Part shown: piece after piece, positions 13,058-26,320 of the stretch
Position numbering within the stretch: the stretch's first letter is position 1
How the letters are laid out: every line of letters begins with the position of its first letter
DNA from: Octopus sinensis
Lineage: Eukaryota
NCBI RefSeq assembly: GCF_006345805.1
Contig: NC_043010.1
Location: 39,308,001 to 39,372,000 of the forward strand
Direction of reading: 5' to 3'
DNA: 64,000 nucleotides
The notes under the pieces: generated by a model
What the model was told of the DNA's origin: nothing
The model's input: only the letters and a program-made list of their open reading frames with translations
Database searches by the model: none
Translations under genes and position numbers: made by a program

Positions 13058-13212
13058 ATATATATATATACGACGGGCTCCGTGTACCAAATCCACTGAG
13101 AAGGCTTTGGTCGGCCGGAGGCTACAGTAGAAGACAGTTGCCCAAGGTACCGGGACTGAACCCGGAACAATGTGGTACGTAAGCAAGCTACTTACCACAC
13201 ATCCTCTCGTAC
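12822..13212 (-). mobile_element. SINE family A
   Basis: Matches the consensus with small deletions. Confidence 0.9.
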
Positions 13213-14231
13213 GCCTATGCATGTATGTATAAGTGTATGTAAGCGCATATATTTGTATATTTGGGGTTGAAAACTTGACACGTTAAAAGGATAATGCACA
13301 TCACAATTTACATATACTTCAAGACTTAGCAACGGAGATTCATTGTTTATTCAGAGTTCTGTAGATTTTATATTTTATAAATTTACTTTTCATTCATTCC
13401 CAACGCTGCGTCTTCAACCTCTGTGGATCAAAATAAAACATATCAAGAATGCAATTGAAGTGACTACACTGTGAACTGACAGCATTGTAGTAGCATATAA
13501 TTTTATTATTTCGCTGACAGCGGCATATATGTTCATGACTGTGTCCGATTCTGTCAATATGTCTGATTATACGTCTGTAATCTTCGTCATGGGAATCAGC
13601 TTTCACGAAATGCTTTCAGTAGTTCTCGCCCTCTTTGGAAAAGGCTACAATACGTCGTCCCACCTGAAAACAAATACCTCTCACGTTCTCAGTTACAAGA
13701 ACACCTACCAATATTCGTTATTTAACAAATCATGGCGGCGTGCAGGAAATAGGTTTTAGTTTCAGAGCTCAATAAAACAACTTAGAGAAGAGGTAAAACT
13801 ATGCAGAATTAAACAATTACTTGTAGAATACTTACAACTGATTTCTTTGTACGTATATTATTTTGAAACTTAGCCTATAAAGGTCACTTGGCAAAAACAA
13901 TGAATTTCAAAATTGCCCGTTCATCTTCAACATGGTTATTACTAAATATACAAACATTGTTATTCAGAAAATGATATACGTTTGGTACAAGTGTATGTAA
14001 CTATAATCCATTAGCGTAGTAGATATATCTCATATCGGAGAGATATCTATAGGCATGATGAAGCATTTCTCCTTTCGTATGTGTGCATTTGTGTATATGC
14101 ATGTGTTTTTGGGCGCGTATTAATGTATGGATGCATATATGTCTATAGTTGCCTCTTTCCGTGCGTAAAAATGTTACAAAGTGAGACTGTGTATGTACAC
14201 ACAAACATTTGTATCGATATGTATTTTTTTA

Positions 14232-14335
14232 AGGCGGCGAGCGGTCAGAATTGTTAGCACGGTGCTCAGAACGCTTAGCCACTTTTCGTCCGCCCTACAA
14301 TACTGAATTCAAATTCCGTTGGGGTCGACTTTTCA
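14232..14335 (+). mobile_element. MetaSINE-like 5' fragment
   Basis: aaggcggcgagc..cagaattgttagcac...gaattcaaattcc..ggggtcgacttt. Confidence 0.7.
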
Positions 14336-14368
14336 GTGTTGAAATTTGAAACCAATTTAGATCTAACA

Positions 14369-14369
<1 letters not shown>

Positions 14370-14421
<52 letters not shown>

Positions 14422-14444
14422 CTATCTATCTATCTATCTATCTA

Positions 14445-14495
<51 letters not shown>

Positions 14496-14540
14496 GTCTA
14501 TCTGTTTATCTATATATCTATCATTTATCTAATCTATCTA
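14370..14540. repeat. (ATCT)n/(GTCT)n microsatellite
   Basis: Seen directly. Confidence 0.95.
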
Positions 14541-14812
14541 TGAACGCCTGATGCCACGTGTGGGACGAGTCCGTCTTTCAGCAGAGTCAATCGTGAAAAT
14601 GCTCCGCCACCTTCCCTTGGTGAAAGAATGTGTGCGGTGGACACGAGTGAAAGATTTAGAGAAAAACACTTCTTTGGCCAATCGCTCATCAACCTTTTCA
14701 AGTACCACTTGAAAAGAAAGGTGAGAATAGAGAAGCAAGTTTTGTCGCGTGAACCTTCAGTAAAAGGTGGGTGAATGTAGCAATGATAGTGCGTGCGAAT
14801 GACGAAACCATT
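14540..14812 (+). mobile_element. Probable L1/Tx1-clade LINE ORF2 3' fragment
   Basis: Reads VKECVRWTR... and, after a frameshift, GQSLINLFKYHLKRKVRIEKQVLS. This resembles the Tx1/L1 C-terminal K..IW..R / F...W region. Confidence 0.45.
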
Positions 14813-14813
14813 A

Positions 14814-14955
14814 GAGTTCAAATTCAGCCGAGGTCGAATTTACCTTTCATCCTTTCGGGATAGAAAAATTAAGTACAAGTTGCGTACTGGCGTCGATCTA
14901 GTCGACTGATCACCTTCCCCAAAATTACGGGCCTTATACCTAGACGAGGAAAGAA
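14814..14955 (+). mobile_element. MetaSINE-like 3' part
   Basis: gaggtcgaatttacctttcatcctttcggga..aaaattaagtac central domain. Confidence 0.75.
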
Positions 14956-15387
14956 TATATATCTGGTATTCACGGGCTCGGCCATAATATCGGATGTTCT
15001 AATACGTCGGTGGTTATCATTTTAGCCTTGAAAAAATTTATCCCGCTGGGTGGGTGGAGAAGCTAGTATTACCCCTGAACTTTAGGATACTCCGTTATAG
15101 GTTTACCCATTTCTAACTGAGAGATCTTGCGCAGGGTGAAATAAATTGTTTTGCTTAAGAACACAACGCATAGGCGGTCTGGGAATTGAGGCCATCAGCA
15201 TTTATCACTCGTGAATACGGTACCGAAATATTAAAACATCCACTTATCTCATTGATATTCTGCTAACATGCACATCTATATGCATATCTGTGTGTGTGTG
15301 CATGTTTATGTATGTGTACGTGTGTGGATGTACACGTGAATATATATACTATATGTATATATGTGTACGTATATATATATGCATACA

Positions 15388-15417
<30 letters not shown>

Positions 15418-15418
<1 letters not shown>

Positions 15419-15615
15419 GTTAATCCAAACATGAAAACGCAACAACGCGAGGACGGGGAACAAATATAGTATTATTGGACACTCAGGAATGAAGGGAAGA
15501 AGTAGGGTTTTACATTTCGAGCGGAGCTCTTCGTTAGAAACATAGGAAAAGGAAAGATCCAGGGAAGGGAAGACGGAGGAATACAAATCGTCAACGGTAC
15601 ACACGCGGTCACATG
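15418..15615 (-). mobile_element. PLE pseudo-LTR-like fragment next to (TA)n, with a degenerate minimal hammerhead
   Basis: Minus strand 15507-15542 reads gttt-CTAACGA-a-gagc tcc gctc-GAAA-tg-TA-aaac. Similar to 61895-62115. Confidence 0.55.
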
Positions 15616-16419
15616 GACATCAGCTCGATACAAGTAAATTGGTTGGACTGCATATCTTGTCCTAGTGGTATATTAAGTATTTAACCAATGGACATTTCAG
15701 TTACTTAATACGTATAAATTCAGTAGTCAATAAACTGAAGTAACGGGGAAACAAATAAAAAGAACTGATTCTAAGTAAACCATTCAAATTATTAATCAAA
15801 TGGGCGAATGCATAATTTAATGCATAAAATCAGATAACTCGCAGAAGTTGGATCAGAAATGCGGTGACAAAAAGCAATATATCTGGCGTTGATCGCATTA
15901 TTATTTTCTTATTTGTCTGCTACGTATATGGAGACAATTGCTGACATCTTTTCGCTCCGATGCGCTTCGTTAGTGAAAGGGCACATCTATAGTACATATA
16001 TGCATTTTGTGATTCCCAGACTAACATGTTTGTGATGTAAATTGAGATTAGCTCATAATCCGCTGAATCTCAATGAAGCAGAAACATATGAATGATTACT
16101 CCTTTTCAGGTGAAGAGCGATAACAAAAATTAATATATATCAGTCACCAGCCAAAACTAATTTGCTCATATTTGAAACAAAAAAATAAAAAAATTCATAC
16201 AAGAATCTTATCTTCTTTTAGCTCACGAAGGTTCCATGCATTAAATGTGCTTCAGCTTTTATTTCTTTCTTTCATTTAATTTACCTTTTCCTTTTCCATT
16301 TTGGAAAATCGTTCCCATTACTACATTTTGGATTTCTGTCATGAAACTTTCGATTAGACAAAGTGTCTCTATTTTCCATATATTTAAAATATATTACAAA
16401 CACACACACACACCACACA

Positions 16420-16458
<39 letters not shown>

Positions 16459-16836
16459 ACACACACACACCACACACACACACTCACACGCACACACGAA
16501 CACCAATCACTCAGAAAGGTGATTTGTTGCTTGCAATGAAATGTGGATAATATAAAAAAAGCAATATGATAAAATAAAGTAAATACAAACAAAATCTTCC
16601 TGATATAGTAAGTAACTGGAGCAATATTTACTGGTTTACAAATATAATCTTAGTCATTTTCGATTTTGTGTATAACAACGGCGGACGTGTTTAGTTTTTA
16701 TTAGAGTTCCCCAGCTGAGTATTTCTAAATAGATTTTTAATGCCCTCTTCATTTCATTATTTCATACTATAATGCTAATATATGTATTCTATTTCATATA
16801 GACGAGGTATTTAAGAAATTAACCTGAAGGTTAATT

Positions 16837-16838
<2 letters not shown>

Positions 16839-16868
<30 letters not shown>

Positions 16869-16876
16869 GTGTGTAC

Positions 16877-16950
<74 letters not shown>

Positions 16951-16958
16951 ATATATAT

Positions 16959-17001
<43 letters not shown>

Positions 17002-17641
17002 TTATATATATATATACATATATACATATATATATATATATACATATTCTGTAGTTTCAGCACACAGCTGCGAACATGCTAACGCAGACAGAGAGAGAGC
17101 GAGAGAGAAATTGATAACTCGATATATACAGATATATATACCATATATGTGTACACACATATATATATGTATACATGTACACTACATATTTATGCGTGTG
17201 TGTACTTACATAGTCCATTGTAAAGGAATCAAACCAAATTGTAATATTTTGAAAGCATTTAATACGCACTTTTCAGACCACTGCGTAATACACGATAGTA
17301 AATACATCGTTTGCGCAAGGTTTTCCTCGGTTAATACACTTCAGCACACCTAACTGCTGAGCAGATACTTAGAAGCAAGGACGTACTAAAAATTCCCCAA
17401 AAATAAACAATACAATAAGATATAAATATATACAACCACAAGCATATAGCTGTATATTCAATCTTCCATTAATATACATACAATACATATCATACAGAGA
17501 GAAACATACTCAAACATATGTACGTATAGATAAGTGTAAATGCATACTATAGGTATGTAGAGAAACACATTTATACATACACGCATTAAAAGTTATCCAC
17601 ATACAAATGAATATACACATACACACGGGCATATATATATC

Positions 17642-17705
<64 letters not shown>

Positions 17706-17803
17706 ATATATATATATATATATATATAATATAATATATATATATATATAATATAATATATATATTATATATATATATTATATATAATATAATATATATA
17801 TAC

Positions 17804-17844
<41 letters not shown>

Positions 17845-17880
17845 ATATAATATTATATATATATATAGATATATATATAT

Positions 17881-17937
<57 letters not shown>
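16839..17937. repeat. (TA)n/(ATCT)n tracts at 16839-17045 and 17632-17937
   Basis: Seen directly. Confidence 0.9.
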
Positions 17938-17941
<4 letters not shown>

Positions 17942-17972
17942 GTGAAAAGGAACACACGAGTTGATATATATG

Positions 17973-18483
17973 AAAAAACAACTCAAGATAGAAAATGCTA
18001 AAATAATTTTATAAAGAACATTTCAGTACCGGTTTCGCTCATTTTGAGACCTTTTCAACTGTAACGATTAAATAATTAAATTTAGAAAAATTATAAGAAA
18101 AAATTTTCTATCAATTCAGGGATGATACAACCTCGAGACAACGAATAAGTAAAGAAATTCTCTTTATTACAAAATACAGGCCACTTCTTAACGGGTCTAC
18201 GACAAACGATTTATACACCTCAGCTTTAGAATAACACAAATACACACGCAAATATTACATTCCAAAGAATCCACGACAAATCAGCACCATATCACAGCTA
18301 TAATCCATAATGTGCCAAATCACAGCTATAATCCATAATGTGCCAACTTCAATCCATAATCCATAATGTGCCAACTTCAAGTCATACAACACCTCACTAC
18401 TTCCACTCGTTCATATTCTCCCTTCTCTTTCTTCTTCTTCCTCTTCTTTTTCATCATCATCATTATTATCATCATCATCGTCG

Positions 18484-18514
<31 letters not shown>

Positions 18515-18573
18515 CATCGTCGTCTTCTTCTTCTCCTTCTCCTTCTTCTTCTTCTTTATCATCATCAACATCG

Positions 18574-18617
<44 letters not shown>

Positions 18618-19083
18618 TTCTTCTTCTTCTGCTCCACCTTCTACTTCTTAACTTTATCACTAATGCTTTTTAGTATAACACCTACGCAAATTCCAGAAAC
18701 AAACCTTTCAATAGAAATATTCTCCTGAATTGAACTGCAACAGCTAGCCGCCACTGGCCATTCAAAATACAACAATCAAGGCATTCCCGAATTTTTCCAC
18801 CCCTTCTCCTCATCATCCTTCTTCTTCTTCTACCCTACCAAGAGTTCACAACGACCTCGAACACACAAGTGCAAACAAGAGAGACAGAGAAAGGCAGAAA
18901 CAAGGAAAATGCCACTTAGATTTGAACACTATACAAATAATCCTTTAAAAAAACTTTTCTTTTAATTTTTCTAAATTTAATTATTTAATCGTTACAGTTG
19001 AAAAGGTCTCAAAATGACGAAACCGGTACTGAAATGTTCTTTATAAAATTATTTTAGCATTCTCTATCTTGACTTGTTTTTTT
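17973..19083 (+). mobile_element. 5'-truncated Penelope-like element (C-terminal GIY-YIG, Neptune-like) with an inverted pLTR copy, inside (TA)n
   Basis: Inverted arms of ~135 bp (17973-18107 and 18948-19083). 18106-18234 reads FYQFRDDTTSRQRISKEILFITKYRPLLNGS...*, matching the PLE endonuclease end FY......R..KE..FI.K..P.LN. Each arm holds a hammerhead-like motif. Confidence 0.8.
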
Positions 19084-19111
19084 AATATATATATATATAT
19101 ATATATACATA

Positions 19112-19372
19112 CATACAAAATTTAGAGGAATGACCACTAATAGTGGACAGGCTGTATGCTAGAAATAGACGTCAAATTCGCTATTGACTGCTAGAAATAG
19201 ACGTCAAATTCGCTATTGACGTCTATTTCTAGCAAACAAGATGTCCACTATTAGTGGTCCTTCCTCTAAATTTTGAATGTATAAAATTTTTAATTTTCGG
19301 ATTTTTTTAAAATATGCTAGGCCACTGGTTTTAATTGATTAATATCAATTCTACCTTATTTAATTTTAAATA
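19112..19372. mobile_element. Fold-back repeat element between (TA)n tracts
   Basis: Inverted arms of ~60 bp (caaaatttagaggaatgaccactaatagtggaca... / ...tgtccactattagtggtccttcctctaaattttg) around a 32-bp tandem duplication. Relatives at 38090-38360, 61197-61270 and 61630-61715. Confidence 0.7.
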
Positions 19373-19400
19373 TATATGTATATCTATATACCTATCTATC

Positions 19401-19449
<49 letters not shown>

Positions 19450-19450
<1 letters not shown>

Positions 19451-19940
19451 GTGAAATAGAAAGATGAATAATCTTGTAGTAGATTAATCAAAAGTTTAAC
19501 CGATACCTTAGTAGCAAAAATCACAGCAGTAAACAGCACGGTTGGAGGTACAACCATATGGTGTTGCAACCGTGCGTTGGTGCGGATAATTGAAATTAAA
19601 ACATTATTGGTGAATTGAAGAAATGGAGCTGAACGCAGATTGAACAGAAATCGTTTTATTTCATTCTACACGTGTTTCGAAAGGCACAAATTACCAAAAT
19701 TACCATGGGTTTCGCCATGGGCTCTTAGGAGCATAGTTCGATTTGTTTTTGCTCCGCCCCTGTTCTGTTTTTGTTTTTCCAACGGATTTCCTATTTTCTT
19801 CCTGAAGAGAAAGACACAATATGGTCCCATTATTCAATCGGATTTTGGTAATTTGTGCCTTTCGAAACACGTGTAGAATGAAATAAAACGATTTCTGTGC
19901 AATCTGCGTTCAGCTCCATTTCTTCAATTCACCAATAATG

Positions 19941-19943
<3 letters not shown>
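19450..19943 (+). mobile_element. PLE-type fold-back element between (TA)n tracts
   Basis: Near-perfect inverted repeat of ~102 bp (19600-19701 and 19842-19943; one mismatch seen), with a hammerhead at 19792-19885. Confidence 0.75.
19792..19885 (+). ncRNA. Minimal type I hammerhead ribozyme motif
   Basis: ttc-CTGAAGA-gaaagacacaa...ttgtgcctttc-GAAA-c-acgt-g-TA-gaa. Intact core, stems I and II pair, loop III is palindromic, and the GUA cleavage triplet ends at 19875. Confidence 0.75.
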
Positions 19944-20007
<64 letters not shown>

Positions 20008-20044
20008 CTCACGTATATAAATTACTGCATATATTCACTTCCAT

Positions 20045-20684
20045 AGTGATATCAGAATGCAAAATTGTATAAAGGTGGCGATGACTGGTGTGAGCTATGT
20101 GTATCTGAGAGGCTTCCATATTAAGAAAATTAATAAACTTTTATATCAAGTATTATTATAAATATAAATCTTTCCAACATTCTACATATACCTAGCATGA
20201 CACTTAATCATTATATCTGCAATAATTGACTTCATAACCTTGATCAATGCTTTGAATAAATTGCACACCTTAATAACCATAATTCTATACCACCTTATTA
20301 ACAGATGATATATTACAATATATTCATACATTATGCCACCTGTAGGAATAATTCTGACCCATGAATGCCAGTACCTATATCTAAATCGTTCAGGTGTGTT
20401 AGCTAATGCCCCATATCGGTAAACCGTAATTTAGATTTACCTCAATTGATAATGTATTAAACCGTATCCTGATAGTCTACAACATAGATCAATAGAATAG
20501 AGTGATTTCCTACCAAGTTAATTATAGTTTATTTCTCCATCAGTGATAAATAATGTATCGGACCATATTCAGACATTCTGCTATATGGAAAATACTTATT
20601 TTTCCATTGGTACAACCATCTTAAATTCAAATAGTTCCTATATGTCAACTAAATCTAACTTACACATGAATACTGAGTATAAGC

Positions 20685-20685
<1 letters not shown>
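20045..20685 (+). mobile_element. Probable PLE 3' end (endonuclease tail plus 3' region) ending in (TAA)n
   Basis: AKLYKGGDDWCELCVSERL resembles the PLE GIY-YIG tail A..Y......C.LC..EK. (TAA)n follows at 20686-20881. Confidence 0.45.
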
Positions 20686-20743
<58 letters not shown>

Positions 20744-20778
20744 TTAATAATGTTAATAATAATGATAATAATAATAAT

Positions 20779-20827
<49 letters not shown>

Positions 20828-21601
20828 TTAATAATAATAATAATAATGATAATAATAATACTAATAATAATAATAATGATAACGAAATTATTGTATACAA
20901 TGCTCAGGTGTACCACAACTTGTCAAAATAAAGTTTAAACTTTAATAAAGCCTACTTTAATAAAGTTTAAATTTTATCAATACAAATATATAATTCTTTG
21001 CTTCCGTTATAAATAGTTTAAAAACTGATAATGTATTACACTTCTTAGACGTTCGGCAACTTATAAAATACTTCTCACATGATAAGGTTTATCGCCCCAG
21101 TTTATCATAACTGAGATGATATTATTTTCCTATCGTTCAACATACTACCTTAAACTGACAGCATAACGTATAGCTCAGTAATTCTACTCATTCAAAATTC
21201 ATTGTACACCTGTTTTCATGTACCTGAGACATTATTTACTTCTTCTTAATATATATGAATCATTACTTCTGCTCCTAATGTCATGTTTGGCGGTTTCAAA
21301 TACATACGCCTGTGAGTATACAAATTACATGTATGTGTCAGGCTGTGCGGGGTGTTTACGTATGTATATGCATAAAAATGCAGATAGAAAGAAAGAAGAA
21401 AGATATCTTCAAGAGCGTATGTAACGGAGTTGGGAATCAATATTAAAGTTAGTATCGAATTTATTATAAAATGTATTTTGAATTCGATTTAAGTGTTGCC
21501 TGACTGCGTTTTCGAATAGTGATTTGGAACCTAATGTTCCAGTGAGAACCTTGTTAAAAAAATGTCTATGTATGCATATGTAAATAAGTACACACACACA
21601 G

Positions 21602-21633
<32 letters not shown>

Positions 21634-21730
21634 GATACATATATATATATATATATATACATACATACCTGCATATGTACGTGCATGCATACATACACAC
21701 GGTCACACACACCTACATATACATATATAA

Positions 21731-21771
<41 letters not shown>

Positions 21772-21919
21772 GTAAAGCGAGTGTCTTTAACTGTGTATAT
21801 GAGACAAGATGAGTGTATTTGTGTATGTGGTAGTGTATTTGTCCAAGTTCATTTAACTGAAAATTAGATGTTGCTCTCAGAAATGTCACAGTAACCGATG
21901 TGTCATAAAAGATTTAGTA

Positions 21920-21964
21920 TATATATTATATATATACATATATATATATATATATTATATATAT

Positions 21965-22047
<83 letters not shown>

Positions 22048-22056
22048 TATATATAT

Positions 22057-22101
<45 letters not shown>

Positions 22102-22108
22102 TATAGAC

Positions 22109-22187
<79 letters not shown>

Positions 22188-22275
22188 GTATGTATATGTA
22201 TAGATATATAGACATGTGTGTATACATATATATATATATATATGTATGTATATATATAGGTATATATATATGTAT
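21920..22275. repeat. (TA)n microsatellite
   Basis: Seen directly. Confidence 0.95.
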
Positions 22276-23234
22276 AAATATCAATTTATTTATATATGTA
22301 TACACCAGTAATTGCATACCTTCAATTCTCGGACGAAGAAATGGATTCTACAATTGATACATTAATTACCTGATAATTAAATAGAGTTTGAATAGGTCTT
22401 CCACTCTGAACTTGTCAGAAACACGCTAGTTGAATAGTAATTTACGAGCATTGTCTGGCGCCTTACTGATTTAAGCGATACATACGTTAGTAAGACGCCA
22501 GGAAGTGTTCCAAAATTAAATGCTATATTTACGAGTCAACGAAAAAGCCGCTACTTGCTGTCTCATTCTGATAGAAAATACGGGCAAATCTTTCTCAAAT
22601 CACACCCGTTTTGTCACCAATTCAAGAATAATTTGTATAAATGTATCAGACACATTATGTCAATAAGAAAGGTGGATTCATTGTTTGAATGCACCCCAAG
22701 ACTGTTCTGCCTAATAGATGTTCGACCTTCCGCTGTAATAGAACAACAGCGTTAACCATATATGTTATATGAAATTCTAATAGCGGATTATAATTTTATA
22801 CTTGTTAAAATATTTAACAACTTCCTAAGTGATATTAAAGACTCTGTGAAAAACAAAAAAAATTTGAAAAATTACAGACCTGAACTTTAAAAAATGACTG
22901 AAACCAACTTGACTTGACGTGGCTGTTAAGAACGTTTATATGAATTCCCCGCGTTCTACACGATGAGACAGATGTTTTTATCTTGTGACAGAATCTTGAA
23001 GACATTTAAAATCTGATTAACACGAGTGTGGTATATTGTTCATTCGTCAACGAAAAGTTATAGGGTTTTCTAAGAGAGCTAAGGCCACACATATTGGTGA
23101 GAAAAATCATTCCATTAAACAGATGATGTTTCGTGTACTTATATCAGTCTCAGAACATAAATAAAAATAGCTAAAAGTTATTCTACCCGCTATTCTGTTG
23201 TTACTGTTATTTTGTACACCTCTAACAACTTCGT

Positions 23235-23412
23235 GCTCTAGGTACAAGGCCTGAAATTTTGTTCGAGTTATGCTGGTCCATTAAGTCAGTCCCGGTTGTC
23301 AACTGGTACTTATTTTATCAGTTGCAAAATGATGACAGCTTAAGACATCCACAACAAAATCTGAGAGCGCTGAGCTTCAAAACAAAATGCTGCAATCCGA
23401 TAGCTTGCCGAA
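23235..23412 (-). mobile_element. Old MetaSINE-like copy
   Basis: ggtacaaggcctgaaatttt...actggtacttattttatc matches the reverse complement of the family tail and central domain. Confidence 0.55.
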
Positions 23413-23540
23413 TTAGAACAATATAAGTTAAGTTTTATATCGCCTAGAAATGGAGAGATAGAGTAAAAGAGAAATACAGAGAGAGTTAACATAACGTGTG
23501 TAGGTATATTTTCATAGTCACCTCGTCATGTGAAGAGCAG

Positions 23541-24880
23541 TAGCGGAAACAGGACAAGCAGGACCACTGGAGTAAAACGGGCCAGCCCCATTTTAGACAT
23601 CTAACTGGCTCTTAACCGTCGTGAACGCTTTCTAATTCAAAGTTACTTCCCTTCGATCTCACATTCCGAAAAGTTTCATTTTGGCGACAGTTTCCAGAAA
23701 GAAAAATACTGAAATTCAAGCCTTCAATGTAAGTATTGCTTTCAAATGTATTTATGTTGATGAAATAAATACCAACACCTTAGGTAAATATGGCGTAGCA
23801 TGTTTCCAAACATTTCAAACGTAAATGTTTAAGCAGCAACAATCTTGATTTTTCCTTAGATTTGGGGTGCAGAGCAGACATTTTTTTTGTTGCAAACTGA
23901 ATGGAGCAAAACGGACCAAAGGATGTTAGGACAAAGCAGGCTACTGCTTTGCCCCATATGTGTGTATGTTATATGTATGTGTGTACGTGTGTGTTTGTAT
24001 ATGTATGCACATACGTATGCATGTGTAAGTGCATGAGTGCGTTGTGCATGTGTATGTATTGGGTGTGTTTTTATGGGTGTATGTGTATGCAAAAGCAAGT
24101 GTACGCATGTGTGTTTTTCTTTCTGTGTGTGCACGTGTGTGTGTGTGCAGGGCTGTGAGCGCCAGTGTCTGTGTGGGTGTGAGCTCGCATGAGTTTTATC
24201 TCACTTTCTTCATCCCATTTTGCTTATTATTTTCAATGGTGAGAAATTATATTTGAAAACTAGAAGAGGCTCTTGGACTCCACATAATCCAGAGACGGCC
24301 ATGCAATCTATCTGACAAGGATGTTCTCTCCGTCAGGCATCAAAGCAGTATGAAGTCCCCAAGACAAGCCTGAAGTGACATCTAGAAGGCAAAGTGTCTT
24401 CTCCTGGTCAGATTTCTTTAGGGTATTTTCAGCCAACACTAAAGAATTTTGAGCATGAACCTTCAGGACTGGGATGGGTTTGCAAACTGAGAGGAGGAAA
24501 TAGTATTTCTCACGATCATAGATTACTTTTATTTATTCATGTCATTTTCAGTTGTTTTATAGCTAAAAGATGCATTCCAGTATGATACACATGACTATGT
24601 ATTTGAATATATTTCAAAATGTAATAGACATTCATATGTGGAAAAACGGTCCAACCTGACCCTTTTGCCCCAGTGCTGAGGCAAAACGGACCATGTGTGA
24701 TAAAAATTTCTGTTGCACATATCTATACAAGATGTTCGTCCGATTAATCATACTACACAGAAACATGTGAATGGGTATTCTCTATTCTATGCGCGTAGCA
24801 ATTTACATTAAGATGTGTGCATTTTTGACGGAAATATCGAACCTTTCCCATAGGGGGTCCATTTTGCCCTGTCTTCCCTA
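23541..24880 (+). mobile_element. Internally deleted pogo/Fot1-like DNA transposon with a psq-type HTH remnant
   Basis: Imperfect TIRs tagcggaaacaggacaagcaggacc / ggtccattttgccctgtcttcccta, and internal g(g/a)gcaaaacggacc repeats. From 24236, with one frameshift: MVRNYI*K-TRRGSWTPHNPETAMQSI*QGCSLRQASKQYEVPKTSLK*HLEGKV. Confidence 0.7.
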
Positions 24881-25837
24881 ACTCTAGTCGCATATTTTTT
24901 CCGGCGCAGTAACGATTCTGCCCTCTCACCATCTAAAGATGGAGTAAATATTGAAAATATTTCGCATGTCTTGTTATCGTATCTTGTTCAAACAACTACT
25001 TCTTCGTTACTAAATAGTAAAATAAATATTTGCGTGGATCTAATCATATATGTGAAGGCTAGAAAAACACTTTAGGAAGTAAAACGCTTAATTTATTGTT
25101 AATAAAATCAGAACAGGAATTATTCGCCACGAACGCAGCAAAAGTAAATTGTTGCACTTACCAGAGACCGTCAATATCCTTGTAAATTTAATGGATTTTG
25201 ACAGTGAACAGTTTTCATTTAATGAGTTAAATTTTTCAACGCTTCCACAAGGCCTCGTTATATTCTCCTGACACATCGGGAGTTTTGCCCTGTAACTGGG
25301 TAATGAACACTGTTACAATATTACCATGTTTCACAGCATATAAAGAATACCGACCCGCACTAACTAATTTGAGCTGTTGACCATCTAGGTTATATGCCTG
25401 CAGCTTACCCTTGTGTGAACATGCTACAACAGAGTCCGAGAAAATATTTCAGGCTTTTTTAGTTCACCCGTAAACAGCCCTCCTTGACAAGTATGATCAA
25501 AGCTGTTCCGTCAAGTTGCATTGTTGATTATATATTTCTAGATCGCAAGTAAGGCGGACGATTACATAAGGGCTCACTAGTTGGAATAATATATATATGC
25601 AACTGAGGGTGATCTTCATGATTTGCCATTGGTTCGAGACATAAGGGTATTAGCCGCCTGTAGTGGCAGTTAGAGGATGCAAATGTGTAGCCTCGTAATT
25701 TACGTCGTATTAGCCACTCATACTCTAAGTAATAGCATAAGAAAATGAAATAATATGAAGTCAACTGCTTGGAGTAAGTCCCAGAAACAATGTCGTTAGG
25801 ATCCAAGATCCTAGGTAGCATATTTCTACAATTTAGA

Positions 25838-26242
25838 AGTAGCTGTCTGGTAAGTAGCTAGCTTACCAACCACATGGTTCCGGGTTCAGTTCCACTGTGT
25901 GACACCCTGGGCAAGTGTCTTCTTCTATAGCCTCGGGCCAACCAAAGCCTTGTGAGTGGATTTGGTAGACGGAAGCTGAAGGAAGCCCATCGTATATATG
26001 TATATATATATATGTACGTGTGTGTATATGTTTGTGTATCAGTGTTTGTCCCCAAAACACATGGCTTGACAGCCGATGCTGGGGTGTTTCCGTCCACCTA
26101 ACTTAGCGGTTCGGCAAAATCGACCGATAGAATAAGTACTAGGCTTACAAAGCATAGGTCCTGGGGTCGATTTGCTCGACTAATGGCGGTGCTCCATTAT
26201 GGCCACAGTCAAATGACTGAAACAAGTGAAAGAGTAAAGAGT
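25838..26242 (+). mobile_element. SINE family A
   Basis: Matches the consensus; followed by (TACA)n. Confidence 0.9.
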
Positions 26243-26289
26243 ATACACAGATACATGCTTATATATACATACATACATACATACATACA

Positions 26290-26317
<28 letters not shown>

Positions 26318-26320
<3 letters not shown>

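Noticed and set aside
22455-22502. Hairpin ctggcgccttact...agtaagacgccag (and another at 51096-51118) as a terminator or Helitron end
   Set aside because: Isolated hairpins with no supporting termini; intrinsic terminators do not apply in this context.
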